Assembly: GCA_964645405.1 (NCBI GenBank) | Contig: CAZYCA010000044.1 | Location: 78,503 to 142,502 of the forward strand | DNA length: 64,000 nt | From: an uncultured bacterium | GTDB lineage: Bacteria > Ratteibacteria > UBA8468 > B48-G9 > DSTR01 | Direction: 5' to 3' | Shown: one piece after another, positions 54,217 to 63,428 of the stretch | How the letters are laid out: every line of letters begins with the position of its first letter | Numbering within the stretch: the stretch's first letter is position 1 | Notes under the pieces: generated by a model | Told to the model about the DNA's origin: nothing | What the model saw: the letters and a program-made list of their open reading frames with translations, nothing else | Database searches by the model: none | Made by a program: the position numbers and the translations under genes

Positions 54217-55251
54217 ATGGCAGGTGTATTTCGTTTCTCATTTGGTCCGTGGAACATTCATGAAGGGGCAGACCCTTTCGGTCCGCCTGTGCGCCGGCCA
54301 GTGGAGCTGGGAAGAAAATTGAAGGAGTACAGAAGGTTAGGTTTTGAGGGAGTGCAGTTTCATGATGACGATGCTGTGCCTGACCTGAACAATCTCTCAG
54401 CCAGGCAGATAGAACAGGAGGCGAAAACTTTAGCACACCTTTTACAGGAAGAAGGCCTGGTAGCTGAGTTTGTGGCTCCACGACTCTGGGAGGATTACCG
54501 TACTATTGATGGTGCTTACACTTCCAATGATGAAAAATGCCGGCAATATGCGCTGGAGAGAAGTTTCCGAGCGATTGACATCGCCCGGGCTCTGGGAACA
54601 AATCTTATTGTCCTCTGGCTGGCCAGGGAAGGTACCTACATCCGGGAATCAAAGGATACCAGGGTGGCTATTGACAGGTTGGTGGAGGCAATTAACGCCC
54701 AGTTAAACTATGATAATTCCATCAGGATAGCCATTGAACCAAAACCTAATGAACCTATGGACCAGGCTTTCATTCCAACAGCCGGCCATGCTCTTGCTGT
54801 TGCCAGCCGCTGTCTGGATCCTGGCCGCGTGGGAGTGAATGTGGAAAGTGCCCATGCCATTTTAGCCGGGCTTGACCCTGCAGAGGAGATGGCTTTTGCT
54901 CTTTCTTTCGGAAAATTGTTTTCTGTTCATCTCAATGACCAGAATGGGTTGAAGTTTGACCAGGACAAGGTTTTTGGTTCTGTAGATATCCGTAGAGCTT
55001 TCAACCAGGTCCGGGTTCTGGACAGGTATGGTTACGGGACAAACGGGGAATGGGTTGGTTTGGATGTTAAGGCGATGCGTACCCAGCCTGAGGAAAAAGC
55101 CACCAAACACTTAAAAAATAGCCGGGCTATGTTTCTCTCTTTGCTGGAGATTTCCCGTAACCTGGATGAAGAGAGAATCTCAGGGCTGATAAAGGAGAGG
55201 GACTACGAGGAATTAGAAGGCTACATCCTGCAACGGCTCATCGGTCGTTAG
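54217..55251 (+). CDS. xylA: Xylose isomerase, class I (short actinobacterial/Thermus type)
   Basis: FSFGPWNIHEGADPFGPPVR (compare FTFGLWTVGWxGRDPFG), FHDDD, IAIEPKPNEP, and HALAV...VNVESAHAILAGL. RBS AGGAGGAAAAATG. Confidence 0.7.
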   Translation: MAGVFRFSFGPWNIHEGADPFGPPVRRPVELGRKLKEYRRLGFEGVQFHDDDAVPDLNNLSARQIEQEAKTLAHLLQEEGLVAEFVAPRLWEDYRTIDGAYTSNDEKCRQYALERSFRAIDIARALGTNLIVLWLAREGTYIRESKDTRVAIDRLVEAINAQLNYDNSIRIAIEPKPNEPMDQAFIPTAGHALAVASRCLDPGRVGVNVESAHAILAGLDPAEEMAFALSFGKLFSVHLNDQNGLKFDQDKVFGSVDIRRAFNQVRVLDRYGYGTNGEWVGLDVKAMRTQPEEKATKHLKNSRAMFLSLLEISRNLDEERISGLIKERDYEELEGYILQRLIGR

Positions 55252-55257
55252 AAAGAC

Positions 55258-55911
55258 TCAGATGAAGAGAAGCTGGTGGTAGTCTTCATACCTATGAAAG
55301 TCAGCTTTGGGAAAATGGGCAGTAGAAGAAAGCTCAGGTTCTGTCCAGGCTGAAGAGTAATTGTACCGGCATACAGCAAATCGCCAGCCTGTCTGCGGGA
55401 GGCTAAACTTCTCTAAACCAAAGGAAGACCAGGGGATGGTAATTTCTACAGCCCAGGCTTCTTTCAGGATAAAAGTTTTATACCGACTGTGGCTGTTAAA
55501 GTTTAGAACATCTTCCCAGGAAACCTTTTTATTTCTGAATTTTTCCCTGGAGGGGATGCGCAGGTCCATGATGTGTCCGTTGGGGGAGATATGAATTTCG
55601 TAATACACAGTTTGCCGTGGCCCTGGTTTGATAAAAAATTCTACAGTGTCACCCAGCATCCATATTTTCTGGTTGTCAGAGGTAACCTTTGTAATGATTT
55701 CACTGTCTTCTAAGAAAGCTGCAAACCGCAGTCCTTCTTCATCATACCCAGTCCAGGCAAAACCATTCTCTCGCGGAAGGTAATTTTCCTTATCCCAGAA
55801 GCGAATCAGAGGCAGTTCAGACTCTTCCGGAAAAGGAGCTGGTGGTTTAACAGAAAAATCCTTTACCGGACCGCTGATTTTCTGACACAAAACCACTTTT
55901 TTCTTTTCCAT
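55258..55911 (-). CDS. Hypothetical protein with a CBM9/DOMON-like beta-sandwich resemblance
   Basis: GDTVEFFIKPG...YYEIHISPNGHIMDL resembles CBM9-type carbohydrate-binding modules. Weak call. Confidence 0.35.
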   Translation of the reverse strand: MEKKKVVLCQKISGPVKDFSVKPPAPFPEESELPLIRFWDKENYLPRENGFAWTGYDEEGLRFAAFLEDSEIITKVTSDNQKIWMLGDTVEFFIKPGPRQTVYYEIHISPNGHIMDLRIPSREKFRNKKVSWEDVLNFNSHSRYKTFILKEAWAVEITIPWSSFGLEKFSLPQTGWRFAVCRYNYSSAWTEPELSSTAHFPKADFHRYEDYHQLLFI

Positions 55912-55934
55912 TTTTCCCTTTCGTAATTAGTAAC

Positions 55935-56435
55935 TTATTTTTGCTGAAGGAAAAATCCAAACTTTTTCAGTGGCCAGTAACGACAGAAGGCACGACCTAC
56001 GATAAGCTCTTTCTCCACTGGTCCCCAGATACTGCTGTCCTCACTGTTGTTGCGGTTATCTCCCAGGAGAAAATAGCAGGATTCTGGAATGGTGAAAGGT
56101 TCTATCTGATAGGCAGTGGGTTCCTTGATGTAAGGTTCGTCCAGCCGTTCGTTGTTGATATAAACATATCCTTCTCTGACAGATAGTTTTTCACCGGGAA
56201 GCCCGATAACCCGTTTGGTAAGAATTTCTTCTCCTCCTTTGGGGTCACGCAGGACAACAATTGTTCCTCTCTCAATCCGTTCGGGTTTAACTGCGGCTAT
56301 CCTGTCGTTCCTTTGTAATAATGGCTCCATAGAAGAGGAAGTAATCTGGTAGAAGCGGACCTGTTTTAAACCGAACAGGTAGCCGACCAGAAATATTCCA
56401 CCTACCAGGATTAACTGCCTGAGAAGTCTAAACAT
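55935..56435 (-). CDS. lepB: Signal peptidase I (S26 family)
   Basis: N-terminal TM segment, catalytic-Ser box SSSMEPLL, RVIGLPGE, catalytic-Lys region, GDNRNNSEDS box E. Confidence 0.85.
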   Translation of the reverse strand: MFRLLRQLILVGGIFLVGYLFGLKQVRFYQITSSSMEPLLQRNDRIAAVKPERIERGTIVVLRDPKGGEEILTKRVIGLPGEKLSVREGYVYINNERLDEPYIKEPTAYQIEPFTIPESCYFLLGDNRNNSEDSSIWGPVEKELIVGRAFCRYWPLKKFGFFLQQK

Positions 56436-56487
56436 GTGTTTATTTCAACTGAAACGAAATTTAACACTATGGATTATACCTGAAATC

Positions 56488-56517
56488 TTGACAGAGTGGA
56501 AGAAATATCGGTATAAC
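56488..56517 (+). promoter_or_regulatory. sigma70-like promoter (TTGACA 56488-56493, 18-nt spacer, TATAAC 56512-56517) upstream of dnaG-rpoD
   Basis: Read from the sequence: cTTGACAgagtggaagaaatatcggTATAACtgg, about 30 nt upstream of the dnaG ATG. Confidence 0.45.
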
Positions 56518-56546
56518 TGGTAAAACCTGTAATGAACTGAAGAAAA

Positions 56547-58295
56547 ATGGAAGAGGAAAAAGGTTTAGACATCACCGGGGAGATTCTTTCCAGGTTAGAT
56601 CTAACAAAAATAGTCGCAGAATACGTCACGTTAAAGAAAAGTGGACGGTCGCTGAAAGGACTCTGTCCCTTTCACCAGGAAGATACTCCCTCTTTTTTTG
56701 TCAGTCCGGAAAAGCAGGTTTTCTATTGTTTTGGGTGCGGTGCAGGGGGTAATGTAATTACTTTCCTTAAAAATATTGAAAAGGTTTCTTACGGTGAAGC
56801 GCTGGAACTGGCAGCTCAAAGGGCAGGGATAACCTTAGCCTCAGGAACGATTGAAGGCAATAAAGAGAAAAACGAGATATATCAGGCTAACCTTTTAGCA
56901 GCAAAATTTTATCAGTCGGTTCTTTTCCAGCCGGAAGGCAAGGACGGGCTGGATTATCTTACCAGTCGCAATCTGGGCGAGGAAGAAATAAAACGTTACG
57001 GGTTAGGCTATGCTCCAGGGCAACCGGATTTCCTTGTGGCTAAAATAAAGAAGGAAGGATGGGAAAAAGAGCATTTTAAAAAAGCGGGTTTAATAGATGG
57101 CTCAGAAAAGAGGGATGTTTTCCACCGGAGAGTTCTTTTCCCTATTTATGATGTGAAGGGTCAGGTACTTGGTTTTGGTGGAAGGTGTGTTGACGACAGG
57201 CAGGAACCGAAGTATCTCAACACTGCAGAAAACCTTGTCTTTAACAAGAGAAGGATTCTCTACGGGCTCAACTGGGCACGGGAGGGAATCCGGGAAACAG
57301 GTTATGCTTTGATTGTGGAAGGATATTTTGATGTTCTCCGCTTACACAAGCATGGTTTTCGCAATGCTGTAGCTCCTTTAGGAACAGCACTGGGGGAAGG
57401 ACACTTGCGCCTTTTGAAAAGGTTTACAGAACGGTTGCTCTTGCTTTTTGATTCCGATGAATCAGGAGTTCGGGCTACCTTAAAACACCTGGAAACTGTT
57501 TTAAGCAATGGCTTTGAAGTAAAGATAGGGATTTTACCTGTTGGTTTTGACCCGGACAGGTTTTTGGAAGATTATGGCGAACAATCTTTCTCCACCTTTA
57601 TGCAGAATGCTCAGGACTTTCTTGATTTCAGTTTATCTGCACTCAGCGGTCTTTATCAGAGTAATTCTCCACGGGGAAAAGCGAGGTTAGCCAGGGAGAT
57701 AATGAGATTAATAAGATGTATCCCGGACGAGGTGGAACGTGATGAATACAGAAAAAGGTTAGAGGAAAAACTGCAGTTATCTCCTGCAGTTGCTCAGTTG
57801 ATAGAAATTGCGGAAAGAGAAGTCCTGCCAAAGCCTTTTTCCGAAAAGCAGCCTGCTGGGAAAAACTCCCGCCAGGAACTGGCGGAAAAGGAATTGATAC
57901 GACTGGCACTGACTGATAAAAGTTACTGGGAACGATTATCTGAGGAAAGGGGTAACCTCACTGAAAACATAGAGAGGTTGCTTAATTCAGGAGAGATTTT
58001 GAAAAAGGAGGGACTGCCGATTACTATTTCCGGATTAATCTCCAGATGCCAGGACGAGAAATTAAGCAGATGGTTGGCAGAAATCTCTGTGGAAGAAACT
58101 GAAGTAGAAGGTGAGAAGAAGGAAAAAATTTACAGTGACTGTGTTTGCTGCCTGCGCCAGTGTCGGTCTGCTGAGGAGCTTAGAATGAGGCTGGCAAAGT
58201 TGAAGGAAAAGTCCTCAGAGGAAGAAATCAGTGTGGAGGAATTGAAACAGATACAACAGACATTGTGGGCAATGAAAAAAGGAGTAGAACTATGA
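56547..58295 (+). CDS. dnaG: DNA primase
   Basis: CHC2 zinc finger CPFHQEDTPSFFVSPEKQVFYCFGCGAGGNVITFL and a TOPRIM region EGYFDVL...DSDESG. Confidence 0.9.
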   Translation: MEEEKGLDITGEILSRLDLTKIVAEYVTLKKSGRSLKGLCPFHQEDTPSFFVSPEKQVFYCFGCGAGGNVITFLKNIEKVSYGEALELAAQRAGITLASGTIEGNKEKNEIYQANLLAAKFYQSVLFQPEGKDGLDYLTSRNLGEEEIKRYGLGYAPGQPDFLVAKIKKEGWEKEHFKKAGLIDGSEKRDVFHRRVLFPIYDVKGQVLGFGGRCVDDRQEPKYLNTAENLVFNKRRILYGLNWAREGIRETGYALIVEGYFDVLRLHKHGFRNAVAPLGTALGEGHLRLLKRFTERLLLLFDSDESGVRATLKHLETVLSNGFEVKIGILPVGFDPDRFLEDYGEQSFSTFMQNAQDFLDFSLSALSGLYQSNSPRGKARLAREIMRLIRCIPDEVERDEYRKRLEEKLQLSPAVAQLIEIAEREVLPKPFSEKQPAGKNSRQELAEKELIRLALTDKSYWERLSEERGNLTENIERLLNSGEILKKEGLPITISGLISRCQDEKLSRWLAEISVEETEVEGEKKEKIYSDCVCCLRQCRSAEELRMRLAKLKEKSSEEEISVEELKQIQQTLWAMKKGVEL

Positions 58296-59440
58296 GCGAG
58301 AAGATGGCTAATGTGTCTGACCGGGAGAAGAAAATAAGAGATTTCATAGAAACAGGGAAAAAGAAAAAGCATCTTTCCTGGGAGGAAATCAACGAGATTT
58401 CCCTGGATATGAGTACAGAAGAAATTGATGACCTTTTTGAGGAACTGGAAAGCTGGCATATTGAGATTGAAGGGGAGGAAATTCCTTTTATTGAGGAAAA
58501 AAAGGTGGACCTGGAAGAAGCCAGGAATCCACTCCGTTCCTATCTGAAAGGTGCAGGTTCTTACTCACTTTTAACACATGAAGAGGAAGTGGAGATTGCG
58601 CGTGGTATTGAAGAGACTAAGAAGAAAATAAGTCGTGAGAAGAGTGTCTCAGGAAAAAATTTAATCCGGTACGAAAGGCAATTGCAGGAATTACGCGGCC
58701 GTCTTATCCAGGCTAATTTGAGGCTGGTAATCAACATAGCGAAAAGGTACAGCAATTCTAAACTTTCCATCCTGGACTTAATTCAGGAGGGAAATATCGG
58801 TCTGATGAAGGCGGTGGAGAAATTTAAATACAGAACCGGTTTTAAGTTCAGCACCTATGCCACCTGGTGGATAAGACAGGCTATCACCAGAGCCATTGCG
58901 GACCATTCAGCCACAATTAGGATACCAGTTCACATGATAGAAAAAATAAACAAAATGAACAAAACTATCAGATACCTTTCGCAACAGCTGGATAGGGAAC
59001 CAACCGACCAGGAAATTGCGGAAGCGTTGAACCTTGACGAAGATAAGGTACGTGCCATTAAACGTTCCATGCGTCCGGAACCTGTATCCCTGGATTTACC
59101 GGTAGGTGATGAGGAACGGACCACAGTGGGTGATTTTATTGAGGATAACGATGACCCCGGTCCCTTGCATTATACCAAGCATTCTCTTTTGCGGGAGATG
59201 CTGGAAAAAGCGATGGAGGTTCTTGACGAACGGGAAGAAACTATTATCCGTTTGAGGTTTGGTCTGGATAAGGAAGGCTATCCACGGACATTAGAAGAAG
59301 TTGGTCAGTATTTTCGGTTGACCCGGGAAAGAATCAGACAGATTGAAGCCAAAGCCATCCAGAAACTGCGCAATTCCGATAAGGCGCAGAAGTTGTTGCC
59401 TTTCCTGCAGGAAATGTATACCGGCCTTTCTGCGAGATAA
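58292..59440 (+). CDS. rpoD: RNA polymerase sigma-70 (primary sigma factor), short form without the non-conserved region
   Basis: Region 2 motifs IAKRYSNSKLSILDLIQEGNIGLMKAVEKF and TYATWWIRQAITRAIAD, region 4 LTREEVG-like RTLEEVGQYFRLTRERIRQIEAKA. The ATG at 58292 overlaps the dnaG stop (ATGA). Confidence 0.9.
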   Translation: MSEKMANVSDREKKIRDFIETGKKKKHLSWEEINEISLDMSTEEIDDLFEELESWHIEIEGEEIPFIEEKKVDLEEARNPLRSYLKGAGSYSLLTHEEEVEIARGIEETKKKISREKSVSGKNLIRYERQLQELRGRLIQANLRLVINIAKRYSNSKLSILDLIQEGNIGLMKAVEKFKYRTGFKFSTYATWWIRQAITRAIADHSATIRIPVHMIEKINKMNKTIRYLSQQLDREPTDQEIAEALNLDEDKVRAIKRSMRPEPVSLDLPVGDEERTTVGDFIEDNDDPGPLHYTKHSLLREMLEKAMEVLDEREETIIRLRFGLDKEGYPRTLEEVGQYFRLTRERIRQIEAKAIQKLRNSDKAQKLLPFLQEMYTGLSAR

Positions 59441-59443
59441 GGG

Positions 59444-60208
59444 ATGAATTTTATTAAATTCCTGGGTACGGCCGGTGCCAGATTTGTTGTTATCAAGCAG
59501 CTACGAGCATCCGGGGGACTATGGGTGGCTGTTGCAGAAACAAATCTTTTGGTTGACCCGGGACCCGGTTGCCTGGTGAGATGCTGGAAAAGTCGTCCAC
59601 CCTTAGACCCTGGAACCCTTGATGGAATTTTCCTTTCCCATAAACATCTTGACCATTCCGGAGACGTCAATATTATGATTGAAGCAATGACCAATGGTGG
59701 TTTTTCTCCCCGCGGGGTTCTTCTGGCTCCTTCTGATGCCTTAAAAGAGGATGCTGTTGTTTTGAATTATCTCCGCTCTTTTCTCCAGAGGATAGAAATT
59801 CTGAAGCCCGCCGGTAAATATAAACTTAATCAACTGGAACTGATGGTACCTATTGAGCATCAGCATGGGGTGGAAACTTACGGTTTCACCATGAGGACAG
59901 AAGGTTATCCTGCTATTTCCTATCTCCCTGACACCAGATTTTTCCCAGAGTTGTTTTCTGCCTACGCGGGAACAGAAATACTGATTATCAATTCAGTGCT
60001 GCTTCAACCCCGCCCTCACATTTTTCATTTATCTCTTCCTGAAGCAGAAGAAATTATTAGAAATATTCGGCCGAAAACAGCTATTCTGACCCATTTCGGA
60101 ATGACTGTGCTGAAGGCGCGCATCTGGGAGAGACAGGAGGAAATTTCTCAGAAAGTAGGAACCAGGGTTATTGCCGCCAGTGATGGTCTGATGCTTCCTC
60201 TGGACTGA
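59444..60208 (+). CDS. MBL-fold metallo-hydrolase
   Basis: HKHLDHSGD (HxHxDH Zn motif) and the later His/Asp ligands. 254 aa. Confidence 0.65.
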   Translation: MNFIKFLGTAGARFVVIKQLRASGGLWVAVAETNLLVDPGPGCLVRCWKSRPPLDPGTLDGIFLSHKHLDHSGDVNIMIEAMTNGGFSPRGVLLAPSDALKEDAVVLNYLRSFLQRIEILKPAGKYKLNQLELMVPIEHQHGVETYGFTMRTEGYPAISYLPDTRFFPELFSAYAGTEILIINSVLLQPRPHIFHLSLPEAEEIIRNIRPKTAILTHFGMTVLKARIWERQEEISQKVGTRVIAASDGLMLPLD

Positions 60209-60220
60209 CAGGTCGTGTTT

Positions 60221-61432
60221 CTACAGCCATCCAGTGAGAAAGGCAAGGTAGCGGCAATAATTCAAAAAATCAGGCCAGGAAATGTCAGGTGGTACCCCGT
60301 GGTCGCAGCCAGGGATATAACCACCCTCTTTCAATAAAGGTGGGATCACCCTTTCCAGTTCCTTTTTCATCACTTCTCCGCCCCTGGCTATTGCTCTTTT
60401 ATCCAGTCCACCCTGGTATGCCATCTTTTTGTGAAACTGATTACGGAAGGCGACAATGTCATTTCCTGCTGCTACCTCAATCGGAGTAGTGGCGTTGATA
60501 CCGGACTCAATCCACAGGGGAATAAGCTGTCCGATGTAACCATCTGAATCCAGCATGATAATCTGGCAACCACTTTCTCTCAACCTTTGAGACCAGGCTG
60601 TCCAGGAGGGGCTAAGGAATTTTCTTACCATGGCAGGGGAAATCATGGCTTTCTCTTTATAAGCCATATCTTCGCTGATAATGACATAATCAAAGGTAAC
60701 AAAATCAACTACCCTGTCCAGAACAGAAAGAACAAACTTTTTCCAGAAGTTAGCCATCTCATCAACAAAATCTGGCTGGGTAGCCATAAGAAGACAAAGG
60801 CCTTCCAAACCGCACCAGTCTCTCATGGTCCAGAAAGGTCCTGGAATGCCAATCCCGCAGACAGTTTCCCGGTTCCTTAAGCAACTGGCTACTTTTTCTA
60901 TATCTTCGGGATACCGGTCTTCAGTATCTGGGTTATATCTTTTCTTCATCCTTTCCCAGTCGGAGAAGTTTTCCACCGGAAACTTATGCCATTTTCTGGT
61001 GACAAAGTCCTTGGCAGTACGCAGGTAACTGAAATCGTACTGGTCAGAGATTTCTACAATAGCACCTTTGCTATCCTGAACCAGATAATGGCCAGCACAG
61101 TGCTGGATAATTTTTTCTTCAAAGGGTGGAAGGGGAGCAAAAGAAAGTCTGAAGGCAGGAACTTCTTCCTTTTTTGGTTCTGCGGGCAAACCAATCTGGT
61201 GTTTAAGATACTCAAACCAGTTAACATTTCTTGGTAGCCCCTGGCTGTACCAGACATTCAGCGTTGATTCCCGTGGCCCACCCGGAGCAAAATAGACTTT
61301 ATCAGGCTTCCCGAACAAAAGTGATTGCAGAAATCTTTCTCTTTCCGTCAAATTTCCTCCTTTCCCGTGAAAGATGTTCCTTGAAGAATCCTTTCTGCGT
61401 TCTGCCACCAGACCCACTCCTGGAATTCCCAA
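60221..61432 (-). CDS. URO-D-family protein (second paralogue)
   Basis: C-terminal URO-D-like region QIIMLDSDGYIGQLIPLWIESGINATTPIEV...GGYIPGCDHGVPPDISWPDF. The 5' end overlaps the upstream amidohydrolase gene by 85 nt, so the true start is probably internal or a non-ATG codon. Confidence 0.5.
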   Translation of the reverse strand: MGIPGVGLVAERRKDSSRNIFHGKGGNLTERERFLQSLLFGKPDKVYFAPGGPRESTLNVWYSQGLPRNVNWFEYLKHQIGLPAEPKKEEVPAFRLSFAPLPPFEEKIIQHCAGHYLVQDSKGAIVEISDQYDFSYLRTAKDFVTRKWHKFPVENFSDWERMKKRYNPDTEDRYPEDIEKVASCLRNRETVCGIGIPGPFWTMRDWCGLEGLCLLMATQPDFVDEMANFWKKFVLSVLDRVVDFVTFDYVIISEDMAYKEKAMISPAMVRKFLSPSWTAWSQRLRESGCQIIMLDSDGYIGQLIPLWIESGINATTPIEVAAGNDIVAFRNQFHKKMAYQGGLDKRAIARGGEVMKKELERVIPPLLKEGGYIPGCDHGVPPDISWPDFLNYCRYLAFLTGWL

Positions 61433-62169
61433 GGTAGCTGCAGGTTGTTAAAAAGGTTTTCGTAGTCTGCCACCACTTCCGCTATACTCTCCGGGGCAAC
61501 ATCACTGCCAAAAACTATTTTCTGCCATGGCCAGGTCCGGTCAGGACTCGGATAGGAACAATGGGGTGACCACCAGAGAAGTCCACCAATGTAATCAGGG
61601 CTCCGGTATTTCAGAAGAGAACCGGAAAAATCAAAAGACAGGTTAGGGTTCCAGCGACAGGCCATAGCAGCCTCATCACTCCAGGGATTCCCGAAATGAG
61701 CACCGATAATGGTTAGTTCCGGGAAACACCGGGCGATGTGGTCCAGATAGATGGGCCTCATGAGACTACTGTCACAATCCTTCCAGGCTGAGGTATTGGC
61801 AACAATGCCAAGATGAAAAACACAGATCATTCTCAGCCGGGCTGCTTTCTCATAGAGAGAGAAATACCGGGCATCATTATAGGGGAAAGTGGGGGCAATA
61901 AACTTTAGCCCCAGAAATCCTTCTTCTTTAAAATGTTCTATATCCAGAGTACTACCGGTGCGAAAATCAAAACCAGCAAAGGGGACAAAGAAATCAGGAT
62001 AGTCTTTTGCTGCTTTGAGCACCAGTTTGTTATTACCAGGCAAACGGGATTCAGGCATACCTAAAACAACAGTCTTGATTACTCCAGCCTTTTCCCCATT
62101 GATTCTCAATTTTTCCACATCCTCCTTTGAATGGAGGTGCTGGTGAAAGTCAATAATCTTTCTTTTCAT
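61348..62169 (-). CDS. Amidohydrolase-2-family metal-dependent TIM-barrel hydrolase
   Basis: N-terminus KIIDFHQHL (HxH metal motif), later His and Asp ligands (GAHFGNPWSDEAAM...FGSDVAPES). Confidence 0.6.
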   Translation of the reverse strand: MKRKIIDFHQHLHSKEDVEKLRINGEKAGVIKTVVLGMPESRLPGNNKLVLKAAKDYPDFFVPFAGFDFRTGSTLDIEHFKEEGFLGLKFIAPTFPYNDARYFSLYEKAARLRMICVFHLGIVANTSAWKDCDSSLMRPIYLDHIARCFPELTIIGAHFGNPWSDEAAMACRWNPNLSFDFSGSLLKYRSPDYIGGLLWWSPHCSYPSPDRTWPWQKIVFGSDVAPESIAEVVADYENLFNNLQLPWEFQEWVWWQNAERILQGTSFTGKEEI

Positions 62170-62248
62170 GATATCCTTAAATTAAATTTTAACACGGGAG
62201 ACAGAAAATAGAAAAATTTTCTGCCTGCCAGTATAATAAAAAAATTCT

Positions 62249-63364
62249 ATGGTTGACTTTGAAGTACTGGTAATTGGTGCCGGGATTGTCGGGCTGGCAG
62301 TGGGTCGGGAACTGGCAGAAAGTGGTTTTTCTGTAGGTATGCTGGAAAAAAATCGCCGTTATGGTCTGGAAACCAGTTCCCGTAACAGCGAAGTACTCCA
62401 TAGTGGTATTCACTATCCACCTGATTCTCTAAAAGCCAGTTTGTGTGTCCAGGGGAACCAGTTGCTTACTTCTCTGCTGAAAGAGTATGGTTTGATGTAT
62501 CTACCCTGCGGCAAGCTTACCCTGGCTGTAAACCCGGAAGAGGAGGGCAATCTTTATCACCTGAAGCAACAGGGAGAAAAAAATGGGGTGCCCGGGCTAA
62601 AACTTTTGAGCGGAACACACCTCAGCCAGATAGAGCCAGAAATTAAAGCAGTTTCTGGCTTGCTCACCCCAACGACTGGCATTTGCAACGCTCACCAGGT
62701 GATGGATTTTCTCGCGGAAAAATTTCGCCAGAGTGGTGGACTGATGGGATTAAATTCCAGAGTTACAGGAATAGAGTGGACCGGTCATCTTTACCGGGTT
62801 AGTGTTTTACAGGAGAAAGTGGAAACATACACAGCTTGTGCAGTTATTAATTGTGCCGGGCTCTTCTGCGATGATGTTAGCCGCATGCTGGGGCTGGTTT
62901 ACCGGTTGTACTGGGCGAAAGGAGATTATTTCTCAGCACATAACTGCCCCCGGGTGAAACACCTGATATATCCGCTACCTTCCTCTGATTCTCTCGGTAT
63001 CCACGTGACACCAAGACTCGCTGGTGGATATCGTCTTGGTCCGGATATCCAGTATGTGGAAAAACAAACGAATCCCTATCCGGATGAAAAGGGGAATCCT
63101 GGCTATGGGGTTGATGCTGGCAAGGACAAGATTTTCCGGCAGCAGGTGGGATACTTTCTCCCGGGGATAGAAAAGGCAGAAATATTTCCAGAAACCTATG
63201 GACTGAGACCAAAGATTCAGGGCCCAGGGGAACCATTCCAGGATTTTATTATCAAAGAGGAGAAAGAAAGAGGGTTTCCTCATTTTATTAACCTGATTGG
63301 TATAGAATCTCCAGGGTTGACTGCCTGTCTGGCGATAGCAAGGCTGATGAGGAAATTTTTCTGA
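62249..63364 (+). CDS. FAD-dependent oxidoreductase, L-2-hydroxyglutarate oxidase/dehydrogenase (LhgO)-like
   Basis: Rossmann motif VLVIGAGIVGLAVGREL, then LEKNRRYGLETSSRNSEVLHSGIHYPPDSLKASLCVQG, closely matching the LhgO/YgaF family. Confidence 0.6.
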   Translation: MVDFEVLVIGAGIVGLAVGRELAESGFSVGMLEKNRRYGLETSSRNSEVLHSGIHYPPDSLKASLCVQGNQLLTSLLKEYGLMYLPCGKLTLAVNPEEEGNLYHLKQQGEKNGVPGLKLLSGTHLSQIEPEIKAVSGLLTPTTGICNAHQVMDFLAEKFRQSGGLMGLNSRVTGIEWTGHLYRVSVLQEKVETYTACAVINCAGLFCDDVSRMLGLVYRLYWAKGDYFSAHNCPRVKHLIYPLPSSDSLGIHVTPRLAGGYRLGPDIQYVEKQTNPYPDEKGNPGYGVDAGKDKIFRQQVGYFLPGIEKAEIFPETYGLRPKIQGPGEPFQDFIIKEEKERGFPHFINLIGIESPGLTACLAIARLMRKFF

Positions 63365-63428
63365 AATATCCTCTGCCCAGACCTTGGGTATTGACAGGGA
63401 AAAGATAAAGAAGGTATAATCACACAAA

